Assembly (NCBI RefSeq): GCF_026210795.1 | Contig: NC_089435.1 | Coordinates: forward strand, 5,022,001-5,086,000 | DNA: 64,000 nucleotides | Source of the DNA: Rhizophagus irregularis | Taxonomy: Eukaryota | Reading direction: 5' to 3' | Shown here: piece by piece, positions 49,913 to 61,790 of the stretch | Numbering within the stretch: position 1 is the stretch's first letter | How the letters are laid out: the number at the start of each line of letters is the position of its first letter | Notes under the pieces: generated by a model | Database searches by the model: none | The model's input: the letters and a program-made list of their open reading frames with translations, nothing else | What the model was told of the DNA's origin: nothing | Translations under genes and position numbers: made by a program

Positions 49913-52900
49913 ATGGTTTCCCAGCCACTTCGTGATACATTACGAAAACGAAAAAACAGATCGGATGAAACTGTTGAGCAACGTGAAAATAGACTGGCTC
50001 AGGACAAAGAGAATAAACGCGTAAAAAGAGCAACTGAGACTGCAGAACAACGTGAAATACGATTGCAAAAAAGACGTGAACGTTACCATATGAAAAGAAA
50101 AGAAAGGCTTGCTCTATCAAATATTGAAGAGCAACTCAACAGACAGGATGAACCAACGCAAGATGATTCTGACGAATCTCGACTTTCTGAAGCTGATAGG
50201 AAACTCCTACATGAATTTCGCACTAAGATTAATAGCTTCGTAAATAATTGTTGCCCAGTGTGTAATGAACGATTTCCATCCATCGAAATTATAAGTGGAC
50301 AATGTCGTCGCTGTTACTATGACAAAAATACTGTTAAAAAGTTTTCTGCCGATAACAATATGGATCCTGGTGATGTGCCAGAAGAATTACGTGATCTTAC
50401 TGAAATAGAGGAAATGTTGATTGCAAGGATCTTTCCTATTGTTTCAGTATATTGTCTTCGTGGTGGTCAGTATGCTTATCGTGGTAATGTTATAAACTTT
50501 CCACAAAACGTGGAAGAATTTGCAACACAGCTCCCCAGAAATCCGTCTTCTCTTGACGTTCTCATTGTGCGTCGTAAATCTGCAAATAGTTTGATATACA
50601 AAAATTTCACTGTTCATCTACTTAAGGTCTCGCGCACTTTGCTGGCTAAAACAAAATAATCGTTATTATACTGATATTGTTATTGATGAAGAAGTATTGC
50701 AATCCTTACCTGAAGACGGACCAATTGATGATCAGCTTCCGCAAATTGACGATGTGGAACAACACTTTAACGATGATGACGATGTTTATGAAGATATGAT
50801 AGGGAGTAACTTTGTTCCTGCTCCACTTCCATCACCTAATGAAGAACAAGCCATCGGCGACACTCTTAACAGGATGCAAGATAATGATCTTCCTATTATG
50901 TGGCCAAGTATAGATGGAACTCCTATCAATGAGTTTCAAACACCCGGTTATATTGCATGTGCCTTCCCTACTTTGTATCCAACCGGGAATGGAGATCTTC
51001 GTTCTAATCACGTTAGAGAGGTTAAACCTTCCGAATATTTTTCGCATTTACTTAAATATAAGGATGGAAGATTTGCCCGTCATCCTCGTTGGAGATATTT
51101 TGCGTTAAATTCGCAAATGCGATGGAGGGCGCTGCAAGAAGCAAAAGTATATGTTAAGCAAGTTTTAGATGATAAGCAGTATACCGTTGAAGAAATAAAA
51201 GAGATGATAGAAAAAGACAATCACATGGCTGACAGAATTGTAAGATTTGGGGAAGCCTTACGTGGAACTAGACAGTTTTGGACAAAGAGGCGATATGAGC
51301 TTGCTGATATGATAAGGCAATTAGGATCGCAAGGAATGATATTTTTTACATTCAGCGCAGCCGACCTACATTGGCCTGAGTTACACAATCTTATGCCGCA
51401 TGGGGATGTAGAGGATGCTGATAGATATAGGCGACAAGATTTGATTGAGAATCCTCACATTTCCGCTTGGTTTTTCGAAAAACGTTTCAAATTGTTCTTA
51501 GAAAAAGTGTTAATTCCCAAATGGAATCTTGAAGATTATTGGTATAGATTTGAGTGGCAGCACCGCGGCAGCCCTCAATGCTTCACGCACAAAAGGAAGG
51601 ATGCTCCATCTACTTGGATTCAAAAAAAAAAAAAAAAAAAAAAAATGAAGGAAGACAACACACGCATTTAATAACCGCGGTGCGTTACCTAGATTCATTA
51701 GTTACAACAAAGAATCCTGATCAAGACGCACCTGTGCCTGCTCAACATCCCTGTAAAAAATGCCCTGAAGAATTGAGTGATGACCTGCAAGATTACATTG
51801 AGTTAGTCAACAAACTGCAGCGTCATACTAGATGTAATCCTGCGTATTGTCTTCGTGTGGATCGCGCAGGTAAAAATATTTGCAGATTTGGTTATCCAAA
51901 AGAGATCACTAATGACACGTACTTACGAGATAATAAAGGACAACCTGAGTTAATAACGGCAAGAAACGATGAGTATGTCAACCCTCATGATCGATTGCAA
52001 CTCCAAGGTTGGCGAGCGAACGTTGATTTAAAACCGATACTCAGCATGAATACGGCTTTACAGTACGTGTCAAAGTACGCCAGCAAATCGGAACCACGCT
52101 CAGCCGCTTTTTCTGAGATCTTGAACAAGATTCTCAACGAAAATGCTCCTGATGCTTCGTCTTTGCCTGTTTTCCAAGGTTTATTACTCCATACTGTCGC
52201 TGAACGTGATATTTCGGCACAGGAAACTTGCCATCTGCTGCTCAATATTCCTTTATATCATTCAAGTCGCCGGTTTGTCACTTTAAACCTTAACAAATTA
52301 ACGCATCGATGGCTTTGTGGAACGGGAGACAACAACGAAGAATCATTTTTGGCTGATAGTGAAGTTGGCCAAACAGTACAGTCTCCTTTGCAAAAGTACT
52401 GGGTTCGTCCTGCTGAACTTGATGATGTTTCGCTTTTCCGGCTTCACCTACAATATAACTTTTGGAAAGGTCAGTGGAAACCATGTAAAAAAGAAAATAT
52501 AGTTCGTATTTGGCCACGACCTTCACCTCAGATTGATGGACCTCAATGGGAAGAATTTTGCCGTGTAAAAGTTCTTCTTCATGTGTGCCATCGTGACCTT
52601 TCCCAATTAACCGAAAACAATACTATATCATGGTCAGAACTCTATTATCGCCATCGTGAGATAATTGAAAACGATCCTGTTGACATACTTGGTCCTCCAG
52701 TAGATAACTTAGAGAACGAATCAAATGATGAAGATAGTGATTACGAATACGAGGAATTTGATGATGATGAAGAACAGCGGCCTGACTGGATGATCTTATC
52801 AGAAATGAGACCGGACGCGATTTTAGAAGGTTCTTCTGAATTGGGTTTACGTGAGATTGATAGAAATTATGACTGGGTTGGCGATGTTAGACAGCGTTAT

Positions 52901-54437
52901 ACCAATATTGATCTTGCTGATTCTCCCAATTTCATACAAAATGCTCGTAATTTGTATGTTGAACAGAATGATAATGTCACTGATCGTGTTGTAGACCCCC
53001 ATACATTAAATGAAAAACAAAAAATAATCTTTGAGCGAGTTGAATCTCATTATCAAGCATTAATATTGAATCCTGGTAACGTTGACGCGCTCAATGTTAT
53101 TGTAATGGGAACTGCAGGCACTGGAAAGTCGTATTTAATTAATATGATTCGATCTCGTTTGCAAGAAATTGCAAGAAATAACAATATAACTGAGCATTCA
53201 CCTGTTTTAGTGCTTGCGCCAACCGGAGTAGCGGCCTTCAACATTCGCGGCATAACAATACATTCAGCGCTTTCAATTCCTATATCCAACAATAAGCTAG
53301 ATCTAAATGGTGAACGCCTGAAAAAGTTACAGAAAAAATTAGAAGGCGTAGAATATTTAATTATAGATGAAAAAAGTATGGTAGGGCGTCGTATGCTTGC
53401 CTTAATCGACATGAGATTACGCCAAGCTTTCCCTCGAAACAAAATAAAGTCTTTGGTGGACGCTCAATAATATTGGTTGGAGATTTTGGCCAGCTTCCGC
53501 CGGTACGTGATGAACCAATGTACTCAAAAATTTCTCGAGATACATTGTCAAATGAAGGTATCAAGACATATAGACAGTTCCGTGAAGTTTATAAGCTCGA
53601 TGTTATTCAACGTCAGTCAGGTGATTCGGATGTACAGCGCAAGTTTAGAGCCATATTATTGCGAATGCGTGATGGTGAATCAACACTAGATGACTGGAAA
53701 GAACTTACTACTCAATTCAGCAACGGAACAAATATTACGTCAGCAGAATTCTCAGATGCCATATGTATCATGTATCGGAAGTCCGATGTTGCTGAATTTA
53801 ATGTTAATAAGCTTAAATCGTTAAATTGTCCTGTTGCTCTAATCAAAGCTATCCATACAGGAGGTAAAGAGGCGAGTAAAGCTGATCCTGAGCTGGCAAA
53901 AGGACTTGAGGCTCAATTATTATTGGCAAGAGGAGCAAGAGTTATGCTTAGGATTAACTTATGGACAGAAGTTGGTTTGGTCATGGATCGTTGGGTACTG
54001 TCCAAGAAATCATATTCGAAGAAAACCAGTCCCCTCCTTCACTTCCTATTGCTGTTCTTATAGAATTTGACAATTATTATGGGCCGGCTATTGTTACTGA
54101 AGAAGGTAAAAGGCTTGTGCCGGTTTCACCAATTAGATACAGTTGGGAGGGGAAAAAAGTAACTTGCTCACGCTTGCAAGTACCTATTTGCTTTGCGTGG
54201 GCTATTACTATTCATAAAAGTCAGGGTTTAACTTTACAAAAAGCGGTGATAGATATTGGAAAAAAGGAGTATGCAGCTGGACAATCATTCGTGGCTATTT
54301 CACGAGTCTGTGCTCTTAAAGATATTCTCTTTAGCCCATTTTCCTTTGAAAGACTCCAGCGCATCAAATCTCTCAAAAGATTAGAAGAAAGAATAGAAGA
54401 AGAATCAAGGTTAATGACTCTTCAAAATTCACATTAA
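49913..54437 (+). CDS. Helitron Rep/helicase polyprotein (STPR-like repeats, Zn finger, DUF6570-like, HUH Rep, PIF1 helicase), split by about 4 frameshifts
   Basis: PEELRDLTEIEEMLIAR..QYAYRGNVINFPQ; AFPTLYPTG; FFTFSAADLHW; RFEWQHRGS; QYVSKYASK; GTAGTGKS; LAPTGVAAFNI; LIIDEKSMVG; VGDFGQLPPV; AWAITIHKSQGLTL; VAISRV. Frame changes at ~50630, ~51660, ~53435 and ~53983. Confidence 0.92.
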
Positions 54438-54517
54438 TAATTATTTTTTTTTTTGACAATCATGGGAATAAATTGAAAATTTGCAACGTAATACAAAGTA
54501 TGATAATAAAATGACAT

Positions 54518-54608
54518 TTTTTAGTGATACAATTACTTTAGTGTTACATTTTTTTACTACATTTTTAGTGTTACATTTTTAGTGTTACATTATTAGTATT
54601 ACATTTTA
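54518..54608 (+). repeat. Minisatellite (TTAGTGTTACATTT-like) in Helitron 3' region
   Basis: About 5-6 degenerate tandem copies visible. Confidence 0.8.
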
Positions 54609-55873
54609 TAGTTTAAATTTATGAACATGTGATTTATGACGCTTCGGACGCACTAACGGTTACCGTTTCCTAGTCTTTAATGCTAATACCGCACCGCTTT
54701 TCTTCCTTTATTTGTAACTCGTTTCTTGGTTCCCAAATAAGCACTTTGAATTCTAATAGAACTCTACCAATTATTTGTTTCAGTACCTTATACAACAATT
54801 TTTTTTCAGTTATTTTATAGCACCTTAATAATTCCATTAACTGACAACTAATTTGATTCTTCATTAAAAATGTAAAATCATATAAGCGTCCAATATCCCA
54901 CATACCAAGCTCATTAATTTTAATTTTTAATTCGTGTATATCTATATCATCTCTTGAGTATTCTTGTATGATTTTAACTAAGAAAATTTTTAATTGTCTA
55001 CATGTTATAAATAACGTGCATGTATGATTCTTTCTTTATTAAAAAAGCTGTATGTACATACTATCGAATACAGAATGATGAACACATATATAATTAATTC
55101 TTTAAAACAACTAAAAGAAGTCTATATATTTTTCTTTCAAATAAAATTTGCCATATATAAATATAATCAAATATAGAATGATGTGAAACTAAAAATAAAT
55201 TCAATAGACAATCTGTCTATATATTTTTCTTTCTAACCAAATAGCCTTATGTAAATATTATCAGATAAGGAATGATTTAAAATCCAAAAATAATTATTCA
55301 TTTTTTCCCTTTTGATAATTTGTTTCTTCATAATTAATCATCTCACAAAAAAAAATAGAAAAACAAAACAAGAATAACTAATTACATATTCATACCATCT
55401 TAACACCACGAGGCGCTCTTTATCTTACGAGCTCTTATATCACACTAATCAATAACATAATAATGAGACAAATTAACAAGTCTCTTTCTTTTCATTCCAT
55501 TATGATATATCGTCAACCCTCCATAAAATTCAGGCCTGGTAATAGGTGTTTGTTTACGTAGTATTTCTTGCCAGGGAAGCACGTTATCCTGTTCTCTAAT
55601 TTCTAGCTCTTGAAAACTTGTGGTAATATCATTGATCATAATATTCTTAACGACACCGGTCGATTGTTCAGCCACTTTAATATCTTCACATTCGAAAGTA
55701 ACTTCTTTTTTCTTTCTTAATTTAAGAAAATATTCACTGTTGAAGGAATGGTTAATAAAAATATCGTCTTTCAACATGTTGTACGCTAATCTACTTGTAA
55801 CTTAGTCAAACAGAAACTCCAGTTCCTTGTTTGATATATAATGTTTCTTAAGAATATCACCTCTTCGTTTCAG

Positions 55874-56752
55874 TCAATGTTTAGAAATTACTGGCTTTGA
55901 CTCAAATCTATTATTAGTGTAATTCCATTTATTCTTATGAGTTTTGAGGCTATTCTTAAACCTCTTTTTATATTTTTCTTGTTCTTTCATCGTTTTGAAC
56001 TGTTTGTTAATACCCAAATTTGAGTATGTAACTAAATAGTTACCTGTGCCACTATGCATTGAAACCTTTTTTGTATAAGTAACGCCTATGCGTTTACTTA
56101 CTATTTGTTTACTTTGACAATAATTTTTAAATGTATCTTGCGGCGGAGGTGTAGGAGTTACTATCACCTTCGAACGACAATTTTGACAAACTTTTCTATT
56201 TCTTGACATTACGTAAGCACAAACGTTACTACAAAATAAACATGGAATATAAAACCCCAAATACCATGTTCGTCTACCATGACTAAATTTAATATAAGTT
56301 GTAGTTTGTCTGTTCTTTTTTTGTTTCTTCAATCTATTTTCAATAACTACAAGTTTATCCAATAATAATTGACGTATTCTTAAAAAATACTTGTTTCTAG
56401 TTTCTATGTCAATAGGTAACCCACAAAATACACTCGTCAAGTATTTTGAAATCCTGTATTTAGTATTCATCATAGGCTGATCTGAATTAATCAAATAAGG
56501 CTTATCATATTTCTTTGTTATATGTTTATTATTGGTAATAATCGTCAACATATCTTTCTCTTTCTGTAATGAATCCACATGCAAAAGGATATAGAACTTT
56601 CCTTTTCTGGTGGAATATAACGTATCAGCCCCCGTGTACCATTTCACTTTTTCTGGATGGAAAAAATTATAGCCGATAAAAATTTCTTTATTCGGTATCT
56701 TTAATCTGATTGGTGCACTGTATTTACGCCTTCTTTTGAAAAAATATCGCAA
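55874..56752 (-). CDS. Basic ORF1-like protein of the poly(A) retroelement, with CxxC...CxxC motif
   Basis: Open 292-codon frame (track start is TTG), Lys/Arg-rich, with PCLFCSNVC...KVCQNC. Located at the 5' end of the TSD-flanked element. Confidence 0.55.
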   Translation of the reverse strand: MRYFFKRRRKYSAPIRLKIPNKEIFIGYNFFHPEKVKWYTGADTLYSTRKGKFYILLHVDSLQKEKDMLTIITNNKHITKKYDKPYLINSDQPMMNTKYRISKYLTSVFCGLPIDIETRNKYFLRIRQLLLDKLVVIENRLKKQKKNRQTTTYIKFSHGRRTWYLGFYIPCLFCSNVCAYVMSRNRKVCQNCRSKVIVTPTPPPQDTFKNYCQSKQIVSKRIGVTYTKKVSMHSGTGNYLVTYSNLGINKQFKTMKEQEKYKKRFKNSLKTHKNKWNYTNNRFESKPVISKH

Positions 56753-57715
56753 GAAAACAAAATTTTTATCTCTTTAAAGGACTATTAAGCCCTTGTGAAC
56801 TTGTTCGAACTGAAAAGAGTGATAATAAAAAGTGTGTTATTTCAACCAAGAAACACTTTTGTCTTAATACTGAAGTGCTATTTTTCTAGTAATTAACGAG
56901 AAAAAAGCGTAATATTTCTTGTATAAAAAATGGACGTGAACGGTACAGGAGATCAAATTATTAATATTATAATTTATTATGTCTTTATTTTTAATACAAC
57001 TTTCTTTATCTGTATAACTGTATTTATATTTTTATCATCCATATAGTTATCATCAATATATGAAACTCAAAAAAAAATTTTAATTTTACTTTATATGCTA
57101 ATTATGTTTTTTTTACTGAAATAAATGCAAATTTAATTTTAATTCAATTTTTGATATTTTTTGAGTTTCGTACCTTTCTATTGCAAAAATCCCATATATT
57201 TCTATTAATTAAATCAATAGTAAAATTTTCTATTTTATCATTATTTTAATTAATATTATCTATTTCAACTAAAGCTTTGGTAATTCTTTTATTTAATTCA
57301 ATTTCATTTAATTTTTATTTATATTTACTTTGTTTACCATAAAATTTAAATTTCTTTTCAATATTAAACTTTCAGTAGATGATTATTTTAAATATGGATC
57401 AAGTTTTTCAATACTCTCTTATAAGTTATAACTAGTAGAATTTGGATAAATTAAAAAAGGTGATAAATAATATAGCAAAACAGTTTAAACAATTTCAATT
57501 TTGACAATTATCTAAACTGCTAAGTTTCACTATAATCTTACTGAAACTAAAATAAAAAATTACTTGAGTAAGAAATAAATTTTTTTTTAAAATAAATAAA
57601 GTTATTTAAAATAATTATATATATATAAATTATCCAATTTATTTTATTTAAATAAATAATATAAAAGATTTTTATTTAAAATAAATTAATTATATTATAT
57701 TAAAATTTATAATAA

Positions 57716-58100
57716 TACAGTCAAACCTCTATGTACTGATGAGGTTGTTTTAGGAAAAAAATATCAGTATATTGAATTATCAGTACACAATTACTGTATA
57801 TCATATTATAAATCACGTCTATTATTAGATTAGTAGACAGTCAGAGTGTCAGACTTTGATATTGATACTTCTAATTAGAAAAAATATTAATACATTAAAT
57901 ATATTACGAATAACTCATAATACGAAGCAAATGCCACTAATTTATAGGCCAAAATAATCAAATTTTAGCAAAATAACCATAAAAAAGTTCTTTACTTAGA
58001 TATGCTAGCCTAAATTAATACTAATGTAACTAAAATATCGGTATATCTTAATATATGTTATTATAAAAGGACTAAGAAAAAGTATCAGTATATGTTACAT
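57716..58100 (+). mobile_element. Left terminus of a decayed Tc1/mariner-pogo-type element or MITE
   Basis: TA followed by CAGTCAAACCTCT at 57716-57730 (TIR-like start). Repeated internal TATC(A/G)GTA(T/C)A motifs. Partner TIR not found. Confidence 0.4.
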
Positions 58101-58542
58101 TCATAAATATATGATATGAAGTAATCTAATAAAATAATTATCAAATCTTTTTCTATACTTTTTTTAATTTTCTTATAATAAAATAGCAAAATGTAGCTGG
58201 CGATCCAGGTTGCCATAGCGACCCCTATAATAAATCATATAATTTTGTATTACACATGTATATTTATGACATCATGCATATGATAGATCGTGAATTATCA
58301 CATATTATTATACAAGTACATATTTATAATAATCACGTGCATGAGCATCATATTACCAAATACCAATAACTAATTTTTTTTTTCACTTTCATTTATTCAT
58401 GTTTATTCAGAATAAATAACCTGTATTTCTTAACTAAAATACATATTTTACCTTGATTTTTTGACAATAAACTGCTTGTTTACTTCTTTTAAAATTAATT
58501 ACACATCCTTTACCTTTGTTTTTTAACTTATAATTGTGTATT

Positions 58543-61500
58543 ATGGAAAAAAACATTCAAGACGTTGAATTAGAAGCTTTGTTGGAATATAATAGTGCAG
58601 AAGAATTTTCTGATACTGACAGGTTAAATAATAGAGATTTTTTTAAGTAGTTAGAATATATCTATATTAGCTATGCCTTTTGTTAATATAGTTTAAATAG
58701 CATATTCAATAATGAATATAAAAATTGAAGATATTGCTGAAAGGGAGGAAGAGGAAGAAGAGGGGAATGAGGAGGATACTATGAAGCTTTATGTTGGTAA
58801 GACCTTTCATAATTGGGATTATGTAGTAAATTTTATGAAAAAATATGCTATTACCAAAGGCCATGGAGTAAGAATTGGTGGAGAAGGAAAGGTAGATAAA
58901 ATAACACAAGAAATAACAAACAAACATACTTGTATCACCATGCTGAAAAAGCTAAGTCCAAATCATCGAAAAGACAAACTTCAGTTGAATGTCCATAGAG
59001 AGTAAATATTTGGGTAAAAAAAAGTAAAGGTTGTCTTGAGGTCACAACTTTACATAATCAACATGTCGGTCATGAGCTTCATCTATTAGCAATTAAATTT
59101 GTCCCTACATTATGAAAATTATCAGATGAGATTATGGAAGAAATTCGCTTTTTAACAATTGTTACTAAAGCAGATATAACTATACAATATCAAATTATTA
59201 GAGAAAAATTTAAAATTAGAATACATAGACCAGATCTTTATAATGCTATTAGTAAATTTTATCTTGAATTAACACCAGGTGAAGCAGATGTGAAAATCTT
59301 GCTAAAAAGACTTTACAAAAAAAAAATAGAAGATTATCAATGGGTAGTCTCAATGAAATTAGATCCTATTACTTCTTCATTAACTCATTTTTTTTGGATG
59401 AGTCTAGAATAACAAATATTATAGTTACGTTATCATGATGTGATAATGCATGATAATATTTGTAAAACTAACCATTATAATCAACCATTATCCATTTTTG
59501 TTATACCTGATAATAATTTGAAAAGCAAAGGCAATTGTTGATGATGAGACATAATTCTCATATGAATGGGTTTTTCAATATGTAAAAGAGGCTACTGGTA
59601 TATTATTAATAAAGGTTTTTGTTACAGATAGTAATCTAGCAATTAGTGGTGCTATTGCAACACTATTTTCTGATACTTTTTATATGCATTATATTTGGCA
59701 TATAGGCTAAAACTTGCCAAAGCAATTAAAGTGAAAGCTTGGATCTAAAATTGATAATTTTATGAAGGACTTTTACATGACAAAAAACAGTTTAACAGAA
59801 AAACAGTTTAATGAAAGATATACTTATTGTGTTAAATTTTTTTACAAATTTTCTATTATACTTACAATTTTGCCATTCCCACCATTGTTTTTTTATTGTA
59901 ATTCCATTAACCTTTTCATTGTAATCATTAGACTTTATCATTTTTTAATTAGATTCTATCATTAATTTTTTTATTGTAATCACTAGACTCTATCATTGTT
60001 TCATTAGACTCCATTATTTTTTTATCATAGTCTATTCAAATTTTTCCATTGTTTTATATTATCTATATATTGTAGAATTTTGTTTATTGTGCTTTGAAAT
60101 TAAATAAATTTAATTGTTCATTTGTTTATTGTTTTTAATAGAAAGTATATTGTAATTAATTTATGTATTTGTTTATTCAATAAAAGGTAGAAAATATTAC
60201 TATAGAATTACCACAAGCTAAAGATTATTTGATAAGGTCTTTAGGATGTAATTTTCAATCATGGGCACGAGCTTTTACTAGCAAATATTTTACTGCTGGT
60301 TAAAGTTGCCTACCCAAACCTCTCCAAAATTCTATGATTAGTTTCTCCAAGATTTTACTATAGTTTTATTATAGTTTTGGTAAGGGTTTGGCAGTTTTGG
60401 CAGTTTCAGCATTTATAATAAGTTTCGTCAGGTTTCACTTTTCTCCAGAGTTTCGCAACTTTTTAATAAGACTTTCATATAGTTTCAGCAAAGTTTCGCT
60501 ATTTCGGCATTTTGCCAACTTGCCAAAACCCCCTAGTTTCTCCAGCAACCTTACTGCTGGTGCACAAACAACTTCTCGCAATGAAGGTAAAAATTCAGTA
60601 TTAAAACGGCTTTTTGGAAATTCAAACCTTTCATTATATGAATTATTTGATGCATTAGAAGAAAAATATCAAGAAGAAGTTGACTATTGCGAATTCATAA
60701 ATTGGCATTAAACTATACCTCAAATCAGACTTCAAAATATATCAACATCTATTTTTGGACCAATAACACAGTAACTAAATGAATTTGTAATGCCAAATAT
60801 TATGAAGAAGCAGAAGGAACAAATGGAACTAAGTCTTTATTATCATGCTGTGAAAATTGAACTTGAAGTTTTGCATTCTAAGGAAATAGTAAGACTTACG
60901 CTATTAATTTTAGCTTAATTTGTTTTCTAATTGCAATAATTTTTAAAAAATAATTTATTAACTCCTACTTAGATACTTGATGAGTCAAATCATCAATGTA
61001 TTAATAACCTATTTGATTGCCCATAAGTACAAATAAGTTTATTTTTAGAAGATACCTTATTGATTTTTGAAGTATGGGAGGTTGTATATTTAACAAGCCA
61101 AAAGACATCCCACTTTGTATGTCTTTTGAATAATAGTATCTTTCTCTGCACGTGTATGATCAACAAGACTCATGATTATCTATGTCACTATTTTTACCGT
61201 GTAATAATCCTTACATCTACTACTAGATTTCATATTGGTTTGATAAACCAACGTTGGTATAAAGATATATTTCAAGAGACTAACATATTAAATAAAGAAT
61301 TTGTTGCCATTTCTTCAATAAAAATATCAGCATTAAAGATACATTCTCTGCCAATACAATTTTTGAATTCAAATGGATCTGCTATTCAAGTTGAAGCTTC
61401 GGCAATAAATACTGAAATAACTAAATCTATATCAAAAAAACGTAAGTTTGGAAAACTTTGGATTTAGAAAGAAAGTAATGGTTGATGTAATTGAAAACAA

Positions 61501-61790
61501 CAATGAGGATACTTACTGAGAACTTTGTGAGGTTTTTCTATCAATTCAAAAAAAATTACAGCCAAAAATTGTTGTTGATAATAGTAATGGTAGTATTAGT
61601 ATAAACAGTAATAATAACGGCAAAAGTGATAATATCATAAATATTTGAAATCCTGTTGAAAGAAGGCCAAAAGTTTGTCCTAAATCAAATAAGAGAATGA
61701 AAAATACTTTAGAGTTATTTAATACTAAAACTCAATACACATGTAAATTATGTAATTTTGATAATGCAGAAGTATATGGCTGGTAATTTT
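58543..61790 (+). mobile_element. MULE/FAR1-type transposase pseudogene
   Basis: FAR1-like LYVGKTFHNWDYVVNFMKKYA; HNQHVGHEL; DDE region RYHDVIMHDNICKTNHYNQPLSIFV and VFVTDSNLAISGAI...HYIWHI; SWARAFTSKYFTAG/AQTTSRNEG; SWIM-like CTCMINKTHDYLCHY. Many stops and frameshifts. Confidence 0.85.
60298..60550. mobile_element. ~250 bp insertion with target-site duplication inside the MULE transposase
   Basis: Direct repeat TTACTGCT(GGT) at 60290 and 60551. Ends GGTT...AACC. Removal rejoins FTAG-AQTTSRNEG. Confidence 0.8.

Larger units (their letters stand above)
49428..54673 (+). mobile_element. Helitron2/Helentron-type rolling-circle element, apparently complete ends
   Basis: 5' end at 49428-49431 with stem TGTC(T)...GGACA. 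Asymmetric inverted repeat GTCTGAAGCGT (49430) / ACGCTTCGGAC (54639). 3' hairpin AACGGT-T-ACCGTT (54655-54667) and CTAG terminus (54670-54673). Excision restores the host reading frame. Confidence 0.88.
49060..56951 (-). mobile_element. Non-autonomous poly(A) (LINE-derived) retroelement, ~2.6 kb excluding nested Helitron
   Basis: Perfect 19-bp TSD ATCAAATTATTAATATTAT at 49041-49059 and 56952-56970. Poly(A) tail (T run to 49074) with AATAAA at 49082-49087. Minus-strand ORFs 55874-56752 and 55445-55777, plus an ORF2 C-terminus-like piece (IWEPRNE...W..W....GGHWANF). No RT or endonuclease motifs seen. Confidence 0.8.

Noticed and set aside
50083..53564. Several minus-strand ORFs within the Helitron
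   Set aside because: Antisense shadows of the Rep/helicase frame.
49430..54676. 4-bp GTCT TSD around the Helitron
   Set aside because: Explained by overlap with the element's own terminal motifs; Helitrons do not make TSDs.
60388..60711. 107-aa ORF with signal-like N-terminus
   Set aside because: The N-terminal half is the inserted element and the C-terminal half is MULE transposase.
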